Shown: piece after piece, positions 6,385 to 14,593 of the stretch
How positions within the stretch are numbered: position 1 is the first letter of the stretch
How the letters are laid out: every line of letters starts with the position of its first letter
Assembly: GCF_008065095.1 (NCBI RefSeq)
Contig: NZ_CP042911.1
Location: forward strand, 8,520,001-8,552,000
Reading direction: 5' to 3'
Source of the DNA: Gemmata obscuriglobus
GTDB lineage: Bacteria; Planctomycetota; Planctomycetia; Gemmatales; Gemmataceae
DNA: 32,000 nt
Position numbers and translations under genes: made by a program
The notes under the pieces: model-generated
The model's input: the letters and a program-made list of their open reading frames with translations, nothing else
Database searches by the model: none
What the model was told of the DNA's origin: nothing

Positions 6385-7350
6385 TCACAACGGTGATAGG
6401 TGCGGTGAACGAAACGGCGGTGCCTCTTCCCCGCCGGCTTCGGAACACAGGAACCCGTAAGCGGCGAACACGAGCCCGACGTGGTGGTGCCAGCCGTGCC
6501 AAGTCCGGCCTTCGAAGTGATCCAACCCCAACGCGTTCCGCAGCCAATCGAACCGTAACACCGCGCCAGCGACGGCACCGGCGGACTCGCTCCGGACCGA
6601 CCCGCCGAGCGCCTGAAGCCCTTCCTGGAAACCAGGGTCTTCGAGGTAACCGGGCTCTCCGGTGACCGCCGGCACTTCCCCTTCGCCGCGCAACTCGTCG
6701 AGCAGCCGCAGCGCGATCTCGGCTTTGGACGCGGGTTGCCGGGCGTCCACCGGGACCGCCGTGCCCGCACCGTGTTCGCGGAGCCACGCCGCCGGCAGGT
6801 AGAGCCGCGCCGTGAGCGGGAAGTACCCCGCCGGACCGACCTGCGTTACGAACACCCCCACCTGGCAGTTGATCTTTTTGCCCAGCGCTCGGGCGAACTG
6901 CGGTTGCACCCCGACCGAGTGCCGCCCCTTCTTGGCGAACGCGCCGTCGTGAATCACCCACACCGCGCCCGAATCGGCTCGCACCGCGAGCGTGCGCCGG
7001 ACCGCGGCGAACAGCCGCGATGCGTCCCACGGGCTGTGGCTGACAAAGTGCTGGAGCGCTTGTGCCAAGTTCGCTTCGGTCGTGATGACCCGCCCGGCCG
7101 CGGCGGCGATCGACTCGACGTTCTTGCGATCGGACGGTTCGAGCAACCCGCGGAGGTACACGCGGAAGCGCAGGAACTGGTCGGCGCGCTGGAACGTCAC
7201 GCGAAAGCGGGCCGCGTACTCCTCGAACCGCGTCTGCCACCCGTCGCGAAGGGTGAGGCCGGACGCCGGGTCGTTCGGGCGTTCGCGTTCCTCGTCCTGG
7301 TGGGCCAAAATCGTGTCTCCACGGGCGGTGGGCAACCAGAGAGGAAGCAA
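6385..7350 (-). CDS. IS701-family (DDE) transposase-like protein, shortened and probably degenerate.
   Basis: Family motifs present: RVYLRGLLEPSDRKNVESIA; WVIHDGAFAKKGRHSVGVQPQFARALGKKINCQVGV; GLDHFEGRTWHGWHHHVGLVFAAYGFL. It is only 321 aa, and the TTG start in the ORF track is uncertain. The spacing between the 'GEPGY' (expected aDagYG) and 'LDHFEGR' blocks is about 50 aa, shorter than I expect for this family. Confidence 0.65.
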   Translation of the reverse strand: MLPLWLPTARGDTILAHQDEERERPNDPASGLTLRDGWQTRFEEYAARFRVTFQRADQFLRFRVYLRGLLEPSDRKNVESIAAAAGRVITTEANLAQALQHFVSHSPWDASRLFAAVRRTLAVRADSGAVWVIHDGAFAKKGRHSVGVQPQFARALGKKINCQVGVFVTQVGPAGYFPLTARLYLPAAWLREHGAGTAVPVDARQPASKAEIALRLLDELRGEGEVPAVTGEPGYLEDPGFQEGLQALGGSVRSESAGAVAGAVLRFDWLRNALGLDHFEGRTWHGWHHHVGLVFAAYGFLCSEAGGEEAPPFRSPHLSPL

Positions 7351-7691
7351 TCGTCCCGAATGATTTCTTAATTAATCGATTTAGTCGTGAATTGGAATCA
7401 AAAAGGTGCCTCGGTCCCTGGGTTGGACCGTCTCGCGAGCCCACTTCGTCAAGTCGCAGCCCAGCAACATGACAACAACACGGTGATGCTTGTGGTGTCA
7501 CAAGATGTTAATTGGAATTAGTTTGCGTCAATTCAAGCGATGAGGGCCGCTTCTTGACCTGACGGAGTAGTCCACTGCACGGAATGGATGCGGTGGTTCC
7601 CGATTGAAATACATCATCGCAGTCATCATCTTAGTGCGATAGAAGGTGAGCCGCTCATCTGGCTCCAGTGACCTCTTCTCGGAGGGATTCC

Positions 7692-8609
7692 ATGACTGTT
7701 CGCATTCGGCGTGGTTTCACGCTGATCGAGTTGCTGGTGGTGATCGCGATCATCGCGATTCTGATCGGGCTCCTGCTACCAGCGGTCCAGAAGGTTCGCG
7801 AGGCGGCGGCGCGGCTTCAGTGCCAGAACAACCTCAAGCAGATCGGGCTGGCGGCGCACAACTTCCACGACAGCTACCAGTTCCTGCCGCCGGCGTTCAT
7901 CGGGGACAACTCCGAGGCCCTTGACGGCTGGGCCACGTGGGGCGCGCTGCTGCTGCCGTACATCGAGCAAACCGCCCAGTACAACTTGTGGGACATCCGC
8001 TACCTCGCGTCCCAGCAACCGCTCGCCGCGGTGCAGACGCAGGTCAAGATTTACCTGTGCCCGTCGCGCCCCGCGCCCGTGCTGAGCGTGAGCGATTTCC
8101 GGCCCGAGGGTGCCGCGCTCACCGACTACGCGGCGAGTTTCGGCACCCACGCCGCGTACACGTCCTCCACGGGCGCGATCATCCCGAACCTGCCTTACGT
8201 CGCGACCGACTCCGGCGGCCGTGTGTACGTCACCAAGTGGTCGAGCCAGACCAACTTCGGCAGCGTCACGGACGGCGCCAGCAACACCACAATGTTCGGC
8301 GAAAAGTCGATCCGCCCGAACTCGCTGCGCGGCAAGAACGAGGACCGCAGCGTGTTCGGCGGGAACCGCAACAACATCCGCCGCATGATGGGCACGAGCA
8401 GCGTGAACGGCGACGTGCGCCCGCTGCTGCCGCCCGACAACCAGAACCTCCCGTTCGCGAACAGCAGCTTCGGCGGCCCGCACCCGGGCGTCACCAACTT
8501 CGTGTTCGTGGACGGCAGCGTCCGCTCGCTGCGGATCAGCACCCCGGTGAACGTGCTGACCGCCCTGGTCACGCGGGCCGGCAGTGAAGTGGTGTCGAAC
8601 GATTACTAG
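7692..8609 (+). CDS. DUF1559 / H-X9-DG protein with a prepilin-type N-terminal cleavage/methylation domain.
   Basis: ATG at 7692 with GGAGGG at a 5-nt spacer. N-terminus: [55 protein letters not shown]-terminal H-X9-DG motif: [20 protein letters not shown]. Confidence 0.9.
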   Translation: MTVRIRRGFTLIELLVVIAIIAILIGLLLPAVQKVREAAARLQCQNNLKQIGLAAHNFHDSYQFLPPAFIGDNSEALDGWATWGALLLPYIEQTAQYNLWDIRYLASQQPLAAVQTQVKIYLCPSRPAPVLSVSDFRPEGAALTDYAASFGTHAAYTSSTGAIIPNLPYVATDSGGRVYVTKWSSQTNFGSVTDGASNTTMFGEKSIRPNSLRGKNEDRSVFGGNRNNIRRMMGTSSVNGDVRPLLPPDNQNLPFANSSFGGPHPGVTNFVFVDGSVRSLRISTPVNVLTALVTRAGSEVVSNDY

Positions 8610-8625
8610 CCGCGAGGGGACGACG

Positions 8626-9039
8626 ATGAGCACAGACATACGACTCGCTCGCGCGCTCGCCCTGGCACTGGTTCCGGCTCTCGCCGCGGGCTGCACGCGG
8701 GGCGAGGGCGGGCACCCGACGGCGGGGCAGGTGGTCTGGTCCGGCGGCCAACTCGGCGGGCACTTCGTCGAGGTGACGCGGGTCGACGACCTGAGCGTGC
8801 GCGGGTTCGGAACGATCGGCCCGGACGGGCGCTTCGCGCTGGAGCGGTTGGTGGACGGCAAGACGGTTCCGGGCCTCCCGCCGGGCGAGTACCAGGCGCG
8901 GCTGATCCTGACCGACGAGGGGGACGGGCAAGCGAAGAAGCCGAACGTGCCTGCCCGCTACCTGGACCAGAAGACCGCCGGCTGGCGGGTCACGGTGCCC
9001 GCGCCCGGGGACGTGACGCTGACCGTGGCCCCGAAATGA
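8626..9039 (+). CDS. Small lipoprotein, carboxypeptidase-regulatory-like; a typical DUF1559 partner.
   Basis: ATG at 8626 after GAGGGGA. Lipobox: ALALVPALAAGC. It lies 16 nt after the DUF1559 stop. The all-beta-looking sequence has GQVVWSGG...GRFALE...GEYQARL. Confidence 0.7.
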   Translation: MSTDIRLARALALALVPALAAGCTRGEGGHPTAGQVVWSGGQLGGHFVEVTRVDDLSVRGFGTIGPDGRFALERLVDGKTVPGLPPGEYQARLILTDEGDGQAKKPNVPARYLDQKTAGWRVTVPAPGDVTLTVAPK

Positions 9040-9196
9040 CGAGCCACGCGGTTCGCCCCGCCCCGGATCGGGTGGCGAGGGGAGAGGCGCTGCCCGGCCC
9101 GCCGGTTTCGGACGGGCGAGGGGTCGTGGGAGAGCGACCCTACGCGGGCGGGTGCGAACCGCGTCAGTCACCATCGAACACCGAGGAAACAATACC

Positions 9197-11788
9197 GTGA
9201 ACCGGTTCCGACTGATCCCACTCGCGATGCTGGTGCTGGCGTTTTCGGCCACCGCCCGCGCCGCGGACCCGGACGCCGCGAAGGTGGAGTTCTTCGAGAA
9301 GAAGGTGCGCCCGATCCTGGCGGGGCACTGTTACGGGTGCCACTCGGCCGACACCAAGCCGGCCGGCGGGCTGCGGGTGGACGACCGCAACGGGCTGCTG
9401 TCCGGCGGCAACACCGGCCCGTCCGTCGTGCCCGGCGCGCCCGAGAAGAGCCTGCTCATCACCCGCGTCACCACCAAGAACGAGAAGCGGCGCATGCCCA
9501 GCGAGGGCGAAGCGCTGTCCGAGGAGCAGGTGGGCGTGCTGCGCCAGTGGATCAAGGACGGCGCCGCGTGGCCGGCGGTCCGGGTGCCGGCCTCGCTGGG
9601 CCAGGCGAAACCCGAGTACGAGAAGCTCAAGAAGGAGCACTGGGCGTTCCGGCCGCTCGCCGAGCCCACAGCACCCGCAGTCAAAGACGCGGCGTGGGCG
9701 CGGGGCGCCGTGGACCGGTTCATCCTCGCCGCGCTCGAGGCGAAGGGGCTGAAGCCGGTCGGCGACGCGGACAAGGTGGCGCTGCTCCGGCGCGTGACGT
9801 TCGACCTCACCGGGCTGCCGCCCACGCCCGCCGAGATCGACGCGTTCCTGAAAGACGAATCGCCCACGGCGTTCGAGAAGGTGGTGGACCGCCTTCTGGC
9901 GTCGCCCCAGTTCGGCGAGCGCTGGGGGCGGCACTGGCTGGACGTGGCCCGGTACGGCGAGAGCACCGGCCCGAGCCGCAACATCCCGTACCCGCACGCG
10001 TGGCGGTATCGCGACTACGTGATAGACGCGGTGAACGCCGACGTGCCGTTCGACCGGTTCGTCCGCGAGCAGGTCGCCGGCGACCTGTTGCCCGCAAAGG
10101 ACGACGCCGAGCGGAACCGGCTGCTCACCGCGACCGGGTTCCTGGCGCTGGGCGTGAAGGACGTGAACCAGCGGTTCAAGGTCCGGTTCGTGATGGACAA
10201 CGTGGACGAGCAGGTGGACGCGGTCACCCGCTCGGTGCTCGGGCTGACGGTGAGCTGTGCGCGGTGCCACGACCACAAGTTCGACCCGGTGCCGATGGTC
10301 GATTACTACGCGCTGGCCGGCATCTTCACCAGCACCGAGAACGCGTCCGGGCTGCGGAACCAGATGGGCGGCGCCGGGCTGGCGTACTACGTCCCGGCGA
10401 ACCTCGTGCGGCTGACCGGTGATCTGCCGCCGGCGGACCCCGAGAAGGTCGCCAAACTGACCGCCGAAGTGGCAGAAGCGAAGAAGGCCTGGGACGCGAT
10501 CCGCGGCACCCCCGAGGGCCTCAAACCGGCCCCGAACGGCCAGCCGACGCAGCGCCCGTACCGGCTCAAGTACGAAGCGCTCCAGGGCGAGTTGAACGCG
10601 CTCACCGACCCGGCGGCACGCGGGCTGGCGGCGCACGGCGCGCGGGACGCGACAACAGTTGCCGACACCGAGCTGCGCGTCCGCGGCGAGGCGGAAAAGC
10701 TCGGGCCGGTGGTGCCGCGCGGGTTCCTGACCGCGTTCGAGGTGCCCGGGGCGGCGAAGGTGAACCCGAAGCAGAGCGGGCGCCTGGAACTGGCCCAGTG
10801 GCTCACCAGTTCGGGTAACCCGCTGGCCCCGCGGGTGGCGGTGAACCGCGTGTGGCAGCACCTGTTCGGCACCGGGCTCGTGAACACCGTTGACAACTTC
10901 GGGGTGACCGGGGCGGCCCCGTCGCACCCCGAACTGCTCGACCACCTCGCCCGGCAGTTCCTCGCGGACGGGTGGAGTACGAAGAAGCTGGTGCGGCACC
11001 TGGTCCTGAGCCGGACGTACCGGCTCAGCTCGGATGCGACCGCGGCGCACCGGGCCGCGGACCCCGACAACCGGCTGCTGTGGCGCCACGCGCCGCGGCG
11101 GCTGAGCGCCGAGGAGCTGCGGGACGCGGCGCTGGCCGCGGCCGGCGCCCTGGACCCGAAGCGCCCGGACGGGTCGCCCGCGACCGCGCTGCGGATGGTC
11201 GAAATGCGGGACAACGGCCCCGAGTCCAACGCGATCCACGAGAGGGCCGACGCCGCGACCTACCGGAGCGTCTACCTGCCGCTGTTGCGTGGCGTAACGC
11301 CGCACGCGCTGGAGGCGTTCGACCCGGTGGACCAGACACTGGTCAGCGGCACCCGTGACACCACCACCGTGCCCGCCCAGGCGCTGTTCCTGCTCAACTC
11401 CCCCTTCGTGCGCAAGCAGGCCCTGGTGTTCGCCGAGCGGCTCCTCAAGGACCGCGACGCGGCCGACGCCGACCGCGTTCGCGCGGCGTACCGGTTGAGC
11501 GTCGGCCGCGAGCCGACCGACGCGGAGGTCGACCGGGCGCGGGCGTTCGTGGGGGCTTACGAGTCCGAGTACCGCAAGAACCCGCCGAAGGTGGTCAAGG
11601 CGCCGGCTCCGAAGAAGGGACCCGCACCGAAGAAGGTCGATGACCCGGCCCAGGACCCGGACCAGATCGACCAGACCAGCGAGACCGTCACCGAGGACGT
11701 GGTTCAGGCGAAGGACCCGCGCACCGCCGCCTGGATGGCGTTCACACAAGCCCTCCTCGCCAGCGCCGAGTTCCGCTACGTGAAGTGA
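9197..11788 (+). CDS. PSCyt1/PSCyt2(DUF1549)/PSD1(DUF1553) protein (planctomycete cytochrome-c-domain family).
   Basis: Probable GTG start at 9197 (GAGGAAA 7 nt upstream), giving a signal peptide VNRFRLIPLAMLVLAFSATARA. Motifs: CYGCHS; RRVTFDLTGLPPTPAEIDAFLKDESPTAFEKVVDRLLASPQFGERWGRHWLDVARY; CARCHDHKFDPV. Confidence 0.9.
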   Translation: MNRFRLIPLAMLVLAFSATARAADPDAAKVEFFEKKVRPILAGHCYGCHSADTKPAGGLRVDDRNGLLSGGNTGPSVVPGAPEKSLLITRVTTKNEKRRMPSEGEALSEEQVGVLRQWIKDGAAWPAVRVPASLGQAKPEYEKLKKEHWAFRPLAEPTAPAVKDAAWARGAVDRFILAALEAKGLKPVGDADKVALLRRVTFDLTGLPPTPAEIDAFLKDESPTAFEKVVDRLLASPQFGERWGRHWLDVARYGESTGPSRNIPYPHAWRYRDYVIDAVNADVPFDRFVREQVAGDLLPAKDDAERNRLLTATGFLALGVKDVNQRFKVRFVMDNVDEQVDAVTRSVLGLTVSCARCHDHKFDPVPMVDYYALAGIFTSTENASGLRNQMGGAGLAYYVPANLVRLTGDLPPADPEKVAKLTAEVAEAKKAWDAIRGTPEGLKPAPNGQPTQRPYRLKYEALQGELNALTDPAARGLAAHGARDATTVADTELRVRGEAEKLGPVVPRGFLTAFEVPGAAKVNPKQSGRLELAQWLTSSGNPLAPRVAVNRVWQHLFGTGLVNTVDNFGVTGAAPSHPELLDHLARQFLADGWSTKKLVRHLVLSRTYRLSSDATAAHRAADPDNRLLWRHAPRRLSAEELRDAALAAAGALDPKRPDGSPATALRMVEMRDNGPESNAIHERADAATYRSVYLPLLRGVTPHALEAFDPVDQTLVSGTRDTTTVPAQALFLLNSPFVRKQALVFAERLLKDRDAADADRVRAAYRLSVGREPTDAEVDRARAFVGAYESEYRKNPPKVVKAPAPKKGPAPKKVDDPAQDPDQIDQTSETVTEDVVQAKDPRTAAWMAFTQALLASAEFRYVK

Positions 11789-11833
11789 CCGGCTCGTCGG
11801 CCCTGGATCGACACCGGGGCCGACGCCGAAAAC

Positions 11834-11863
11834 CACCAACACCAAACACCAAACACCAAACAC
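11834..11863 (+). repeat. CACCAA(A) heptamer microsatellite in the PSD1-DUF1501 intercistronic spacer.
   Basis: caccaa caccaaa caccaaa caccaaa cac lies immediately upstream of the ATG at 11868. Confidence 0.85.
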
Positions 11864-11867
11864 TCCC

Positions 11868-13232
11868 ATGCACCAGTTCCCGTCCGTGTCACGCCGCAGC
11901 GTGTTGAAATCCGCCAGCGCCGGGTTCGGCTACCTCGCGCTGGCGGGGCTGTTGGGCGAGCAGGCTCGCGCGGCCGAGAAGGCCGCCCCCAAACCTCTTG
12001 GGCCGAAGGCACCGCACTTCCCGGCCAAGGCGAAGCGGCTCATCTTCGTCCACATGAACGGGGCGATGTCGCACCACGACACGTTCGACTACAAGCCGCA
12101 ACTGGTGAAGGACAACGGCAAGCCGGGGCCGGGCGGCGGGGTGCTCACCGCGTCTAAGTTCAAGTGGCAGCAGTACGGGGGCACGGGGTCGTGGTTCTCC
12201 GAACTGCTCCCGAACCTGGCCAAGCACGCGGACAGCATGACATGGCTCCGCGGGCTCCACACCGACACCCCGGCGCACCCGCAGGCGGTGGTGCAGTTGC
12301 ACACCGGCAGCGCGAACGCCGCGCTCACCCGGCCCAGCCTGGGCGCGTGGCTCCTGTACGGGCTGGGCACCGAGAACCAGGACCTGCCCGGGTACGTGAC
12401 CGTCAACCCGCCGCCCAACTTCGGCGGCGCGGTGAACTACGGCAGCGCGTTCCTGCCGGCCCACTTCCAGGGCACCCGCCTCACCGACCGGGGGCACCTG
12501 CCGAACCTCCGCGCCACCGCCGCGAGCGACTTGCAGCGCAAGCAACTGGACCTGATCCAGGGGATGAACCGGGACCTCGCCGCGGCCCCCGGGGCGCCGG
12601 ACGCGGTGGACGGGGTGATCGAGTCGTTCGAGCTGGCGTTCCAGATGCAGGGGAAGGTGCCGGAGCTGCTCGACATCTCGAAGGAGCCCAAGAAGGTGCT
12701 TGAGGCGTATGGGGTGACGGACGGGCCGGCGGGGGCGTTCGCGCGGCAGTGCGTGATGGCCCGGCGGTTGAGCGAGGCGGGCGTGCGGTTCGTGGAGATC
12801 TGCCAGCCCGGGTGGGACCACCACAACAACCTGCACAAGGGGCTCATCGACCGGTGCGGGTCGGTGGACCGGCCGACCGCGGCGCTGCTCGCGGACCTCG
12901 GCGCGCGCGGGCTGCTGGACGACACGCTGGTGCTGTTCGGGAGCGAGTTCGGACGGCTCCCCACGTCCCAAGGGCAGGACGGGCGGGACCACAACATCAC
13001 CGGGTACCCGATGTTCCTCGTCGGCGCGGGGGTGAAGCCGGGCGTCACCTACGGCGCCACCGACGAGTACGGGATCAAGGCGGTGGAAGGGCGGATGCAC
13101 ACCACCGACCTGCACGCCACGCTGCTCGCGCTCATGGGGCTGGACCACGAGAAGTTGACCTACAAGTACGCCGGCCGCGACTTCCGGCTCACCGACGTGA
13201 AGGGCAACGTGGTCAAAGAGATCTTCGCCTGA
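11868..13232 (+). CDS. DUF1501 (sulfatase-fold) protein with a Tat-type signal.
   Basis: N-terminus: MHQFPSVSRRSVLKSASAGFGYLALAG. Also WDHHN and GSEFGRLP...GRDHN motifs. The pairing downstream of a DUF1553 gene is canonical. Confidence 0.9.
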   Translation: MHQFPSVSRRSVLKSASAGFGYLALAGLLGEQARAAEKAAPKPLGPKAPHFPAKAKRLIFVHMNGAMSHHDTFDYKPQLVKDNGKPGPGGGVLTASKFKWQQYGGTGSWFSELLPNLAKHADSMTWLRGLHTDTPAHPQAVVQLHTGSANAALTRPSLGAWLLYGLGTENQDLPGYVTVNPPPNFGGAVNYGSAFLPAHFQGTRLTDRGHLPNLRATAASDLQRKQLDLIQGMNRDLAAAPGAPDAVDGVIESFELAFQMQGKVPELLDISKEPKKVLEAYGVTDGPAGAFARQCVMARRLSEAGVRFVEICQPGWDHHNNLHKGLIDRCGSVDRPTAALLADLGARGLLDDTLVLFGSEFGRLPTSQGQDGRDHNITGYPMFLVGAGVKPGVTYGATDEYGIKAVEGRMHTTDLHATLLALMGLDHEKLTYKYAGRDFRLTDVKGNVVKEIFA

Positions 13233-13240
13233 TTCGCGTT

Positions 13241-13273
13241 GGAACGCGCCCGGCATTCGGCCGGGCGCGTTCC
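13241..13273. terminator. 14-bp perfect hairpin between convergent genes.
   Basis: ggaacgcgcccggc / gccgggcgcgttcc with loop attcg, 9 nt after the DUF1501 stop. Confidence 0.55.
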
Positions 13274-13364
13274 GAGCGGCAAGGTTGCCCCAGAAGTGAA
13301 CCGACACCCCCACACTCGCGACCGGCCATTGTGCCGCAGTGTGGGGCGACGGCGTCCGGGAACG

Positions 13365-14048
13365 TCAGTCTTCGCCGCCCGCCACCCACTCGAACAGCAT
13401 CCCGAGTGCGGGGGGAATGACCGCGAAAGCCAGCGTTGCCCCAATCGCGCCAGCCAATCCCAAGCCAAGCCCGACCGCCGGGACGCCCCACGCCGCGACG
13501 AGCGCCCCGCCGGTCAATCCCAAGCCGGTGGACGCCGTCGTGAACCGCCAGTAATCGCCACCCAGTTCCCGCAGCCTCGCGTCCAACCCGCGGAACAGGC
13601 ACGCCCCCCACGCCGCGCCGCCGACTGCGGCCAGTGCCGCGACTGCCCACGGCGCCCCGGCACGCTCGACGATCGGTCCCCACAACTGCGCGGTCCCGCC
13701 TCCGCCGGCCAAGGCCCCGAACAAACTACCGACGACGAACCCGTACCGCCGCCGGGCCGATTCCCACCGCGCTCGCTCGGCGTCCTCTCGCGCCCCCTCT
13801 GCGGCGACCCGCGCGCCGAAGGAACCGTAAACCTCCCGGCCGTGGTTGGGAAGGGCAACGGCCGGTCCGGGTTCGACGCGGCGCACAATCAGCCCCGTGT
13901 TGTCACCGCCGACCACGACGACCTCGGACCCGGTCTCGACGTACCCGCCTTCCGAGCGGGCGTCGTGTCGGGTTCCGCCGATTCGGACCACCCCCTGCGG
14001 GCGGAGCGCGGTCATCGCCGTCCCACTGTCACCGATGCGCACCGCCAC
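13365..14048 (-). CDS. NfeD-like OB-fold domain protein with a C-terminal Gly/Ala-rich membrane region.
   Basis: GTG at 14048 after GAGGGG. The N-terminus GTAMTALRPQGVVRIGGTRHDARSEGGYVETGSEVVVVGGDNTGLIVRRV matches the NfeD C-terminal OB-fold pattern. The C-terminal half has several hydrophobic GxxxG-rich segments (GFVVGSLFGALAGGGG; WAVAALAAVGGAAWGACLF; GLGLTGGALVAAWGVPAVGLGLGLAGAIGATLAFAVI). Confidence 0.6.
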   Translation of the reverse strand: MAVRIGDSGTAMTALRPQGVVRIGGTRHDARSEGGYVETGSEVVVVGGDNTGLIVRRVEPGPAVALPNHGREVYGSFGARVAAEGAREDAERARWESARRRYGFVVGSLFGALAGGGGTAQLWGPIVERAGAPWAVAALAAVGGAAWGACLFRGLDARLRELGGDYWRFTTASTGLGLTGGALVAAWGVPAVGLGLGLAGAIGATLAFAVIPPALGMLFEWVAGGED

Positions 14049-14179
14049 GACCGCCCCTCTGCCTTCTGTGGTTTAAGGACCCCGTTCAGCGGCCCAGCCG
14101 CGATTCCAGTGTGCGGTGACAACCTGCAATCCGTTTCACGTCGATGGGTCCGGTGCCGCGCCAGGTTCAGCTTTTCACG

Positions 14180-14447
14180 TCACTCCTTGCCCAAAAGCAA
14201 GTCTACCACCCAACACCCGCCGGCGTACGGGGTTTCGCTGTAGCTGTGGTTCATCACCTCGATAGAGCCGCACCCCGGCGCCCTTGAGCGGGGCCGTCAG
14301 AATTGGCATCCGCTCAAAGCCGCTCGCGGCGTCGGTTCGTTCCCCGAGCTGCGGGCTCCCGCCCGGTGCTTTGCGCAGCATTTCCCGGCTATTCGGATGG
14401 TGCGACGAGCGCACGGATACGCGCCATTTCGCGGTGCAGCCGGGCAA
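14180..14447 (-). pseudogene. Frameshifted C-terminal remnant of a paralog of the 19214-19975 gene.
   Basis: In one frame, FERMPILTAPLKGAG aligns with FEHMPILADALQDAG of the intact gene. In the next frame, CGSIEVMNHSYSETPYAGGCWVVDLLLGKE* aligns without gaps with CESGRVLDHCRGPAPHARGCWVIDLVLGKE*. The switch lies in a G4 run (plus strand gcaccccggcg, ~14270-14279). Further upstream the similarity (MARIRALVAP vs ADVRALANH) is in a third frame. Confidence 0.55.
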
Positions 14448-14593
14448 CCGCTCTCATCCGCGTCACGGGCACAGATTCCGTTTATTTGCAGTCGCCCCAC
14501 CTTACCCAACTGGCGAAGTCGTCGCGAGCGCGGGTAAAATTAGGTACTTTAAATAGGCTCTCCCGCATTCAATCCTACCGAGAGTGAAGCACC

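Noticed and set aside
6350-7501. 383-aa minus-strand ORF overlapping the IS701-like gene in another frame.
   Set aside because: Its translation is Arg/Pro/Gly-rich without motifs, while the 6385-7350 frame carries the transposase signature blocks.
6296-7545. Possible terminal inverted repeats of the IS701-like element (6306-6330 ...cgttgaacgcaaattac... versus the reverse complement of 7515-7540 ...cgcttgaattgacgcaaacta...), and the repeated AATTGGAAT at ~7391 and ~7511.
   Set aside because: The match needs a 4-nt gap and has only about 11-13 identities. No target-site duplication is evident. This is not enough to call element boundaries.
9164-11869. Very long antisense or offset ORFs across the large genes. 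Examples: 9164-11869 (-), 14603-18214 (-), 21964-24381 (+), 22706-25195 (-), 25056-26540 (+), 25450-27570 (+), 20160-21740 (+), 11889-13313 (-).
   Set aside because: Their translations are dominated by Arg, Pro, Gly and Ala, which is typical of out-of-frame or antisense reading of high-GC coding DNA. The opposite or alternate frame carries clear family motifs.
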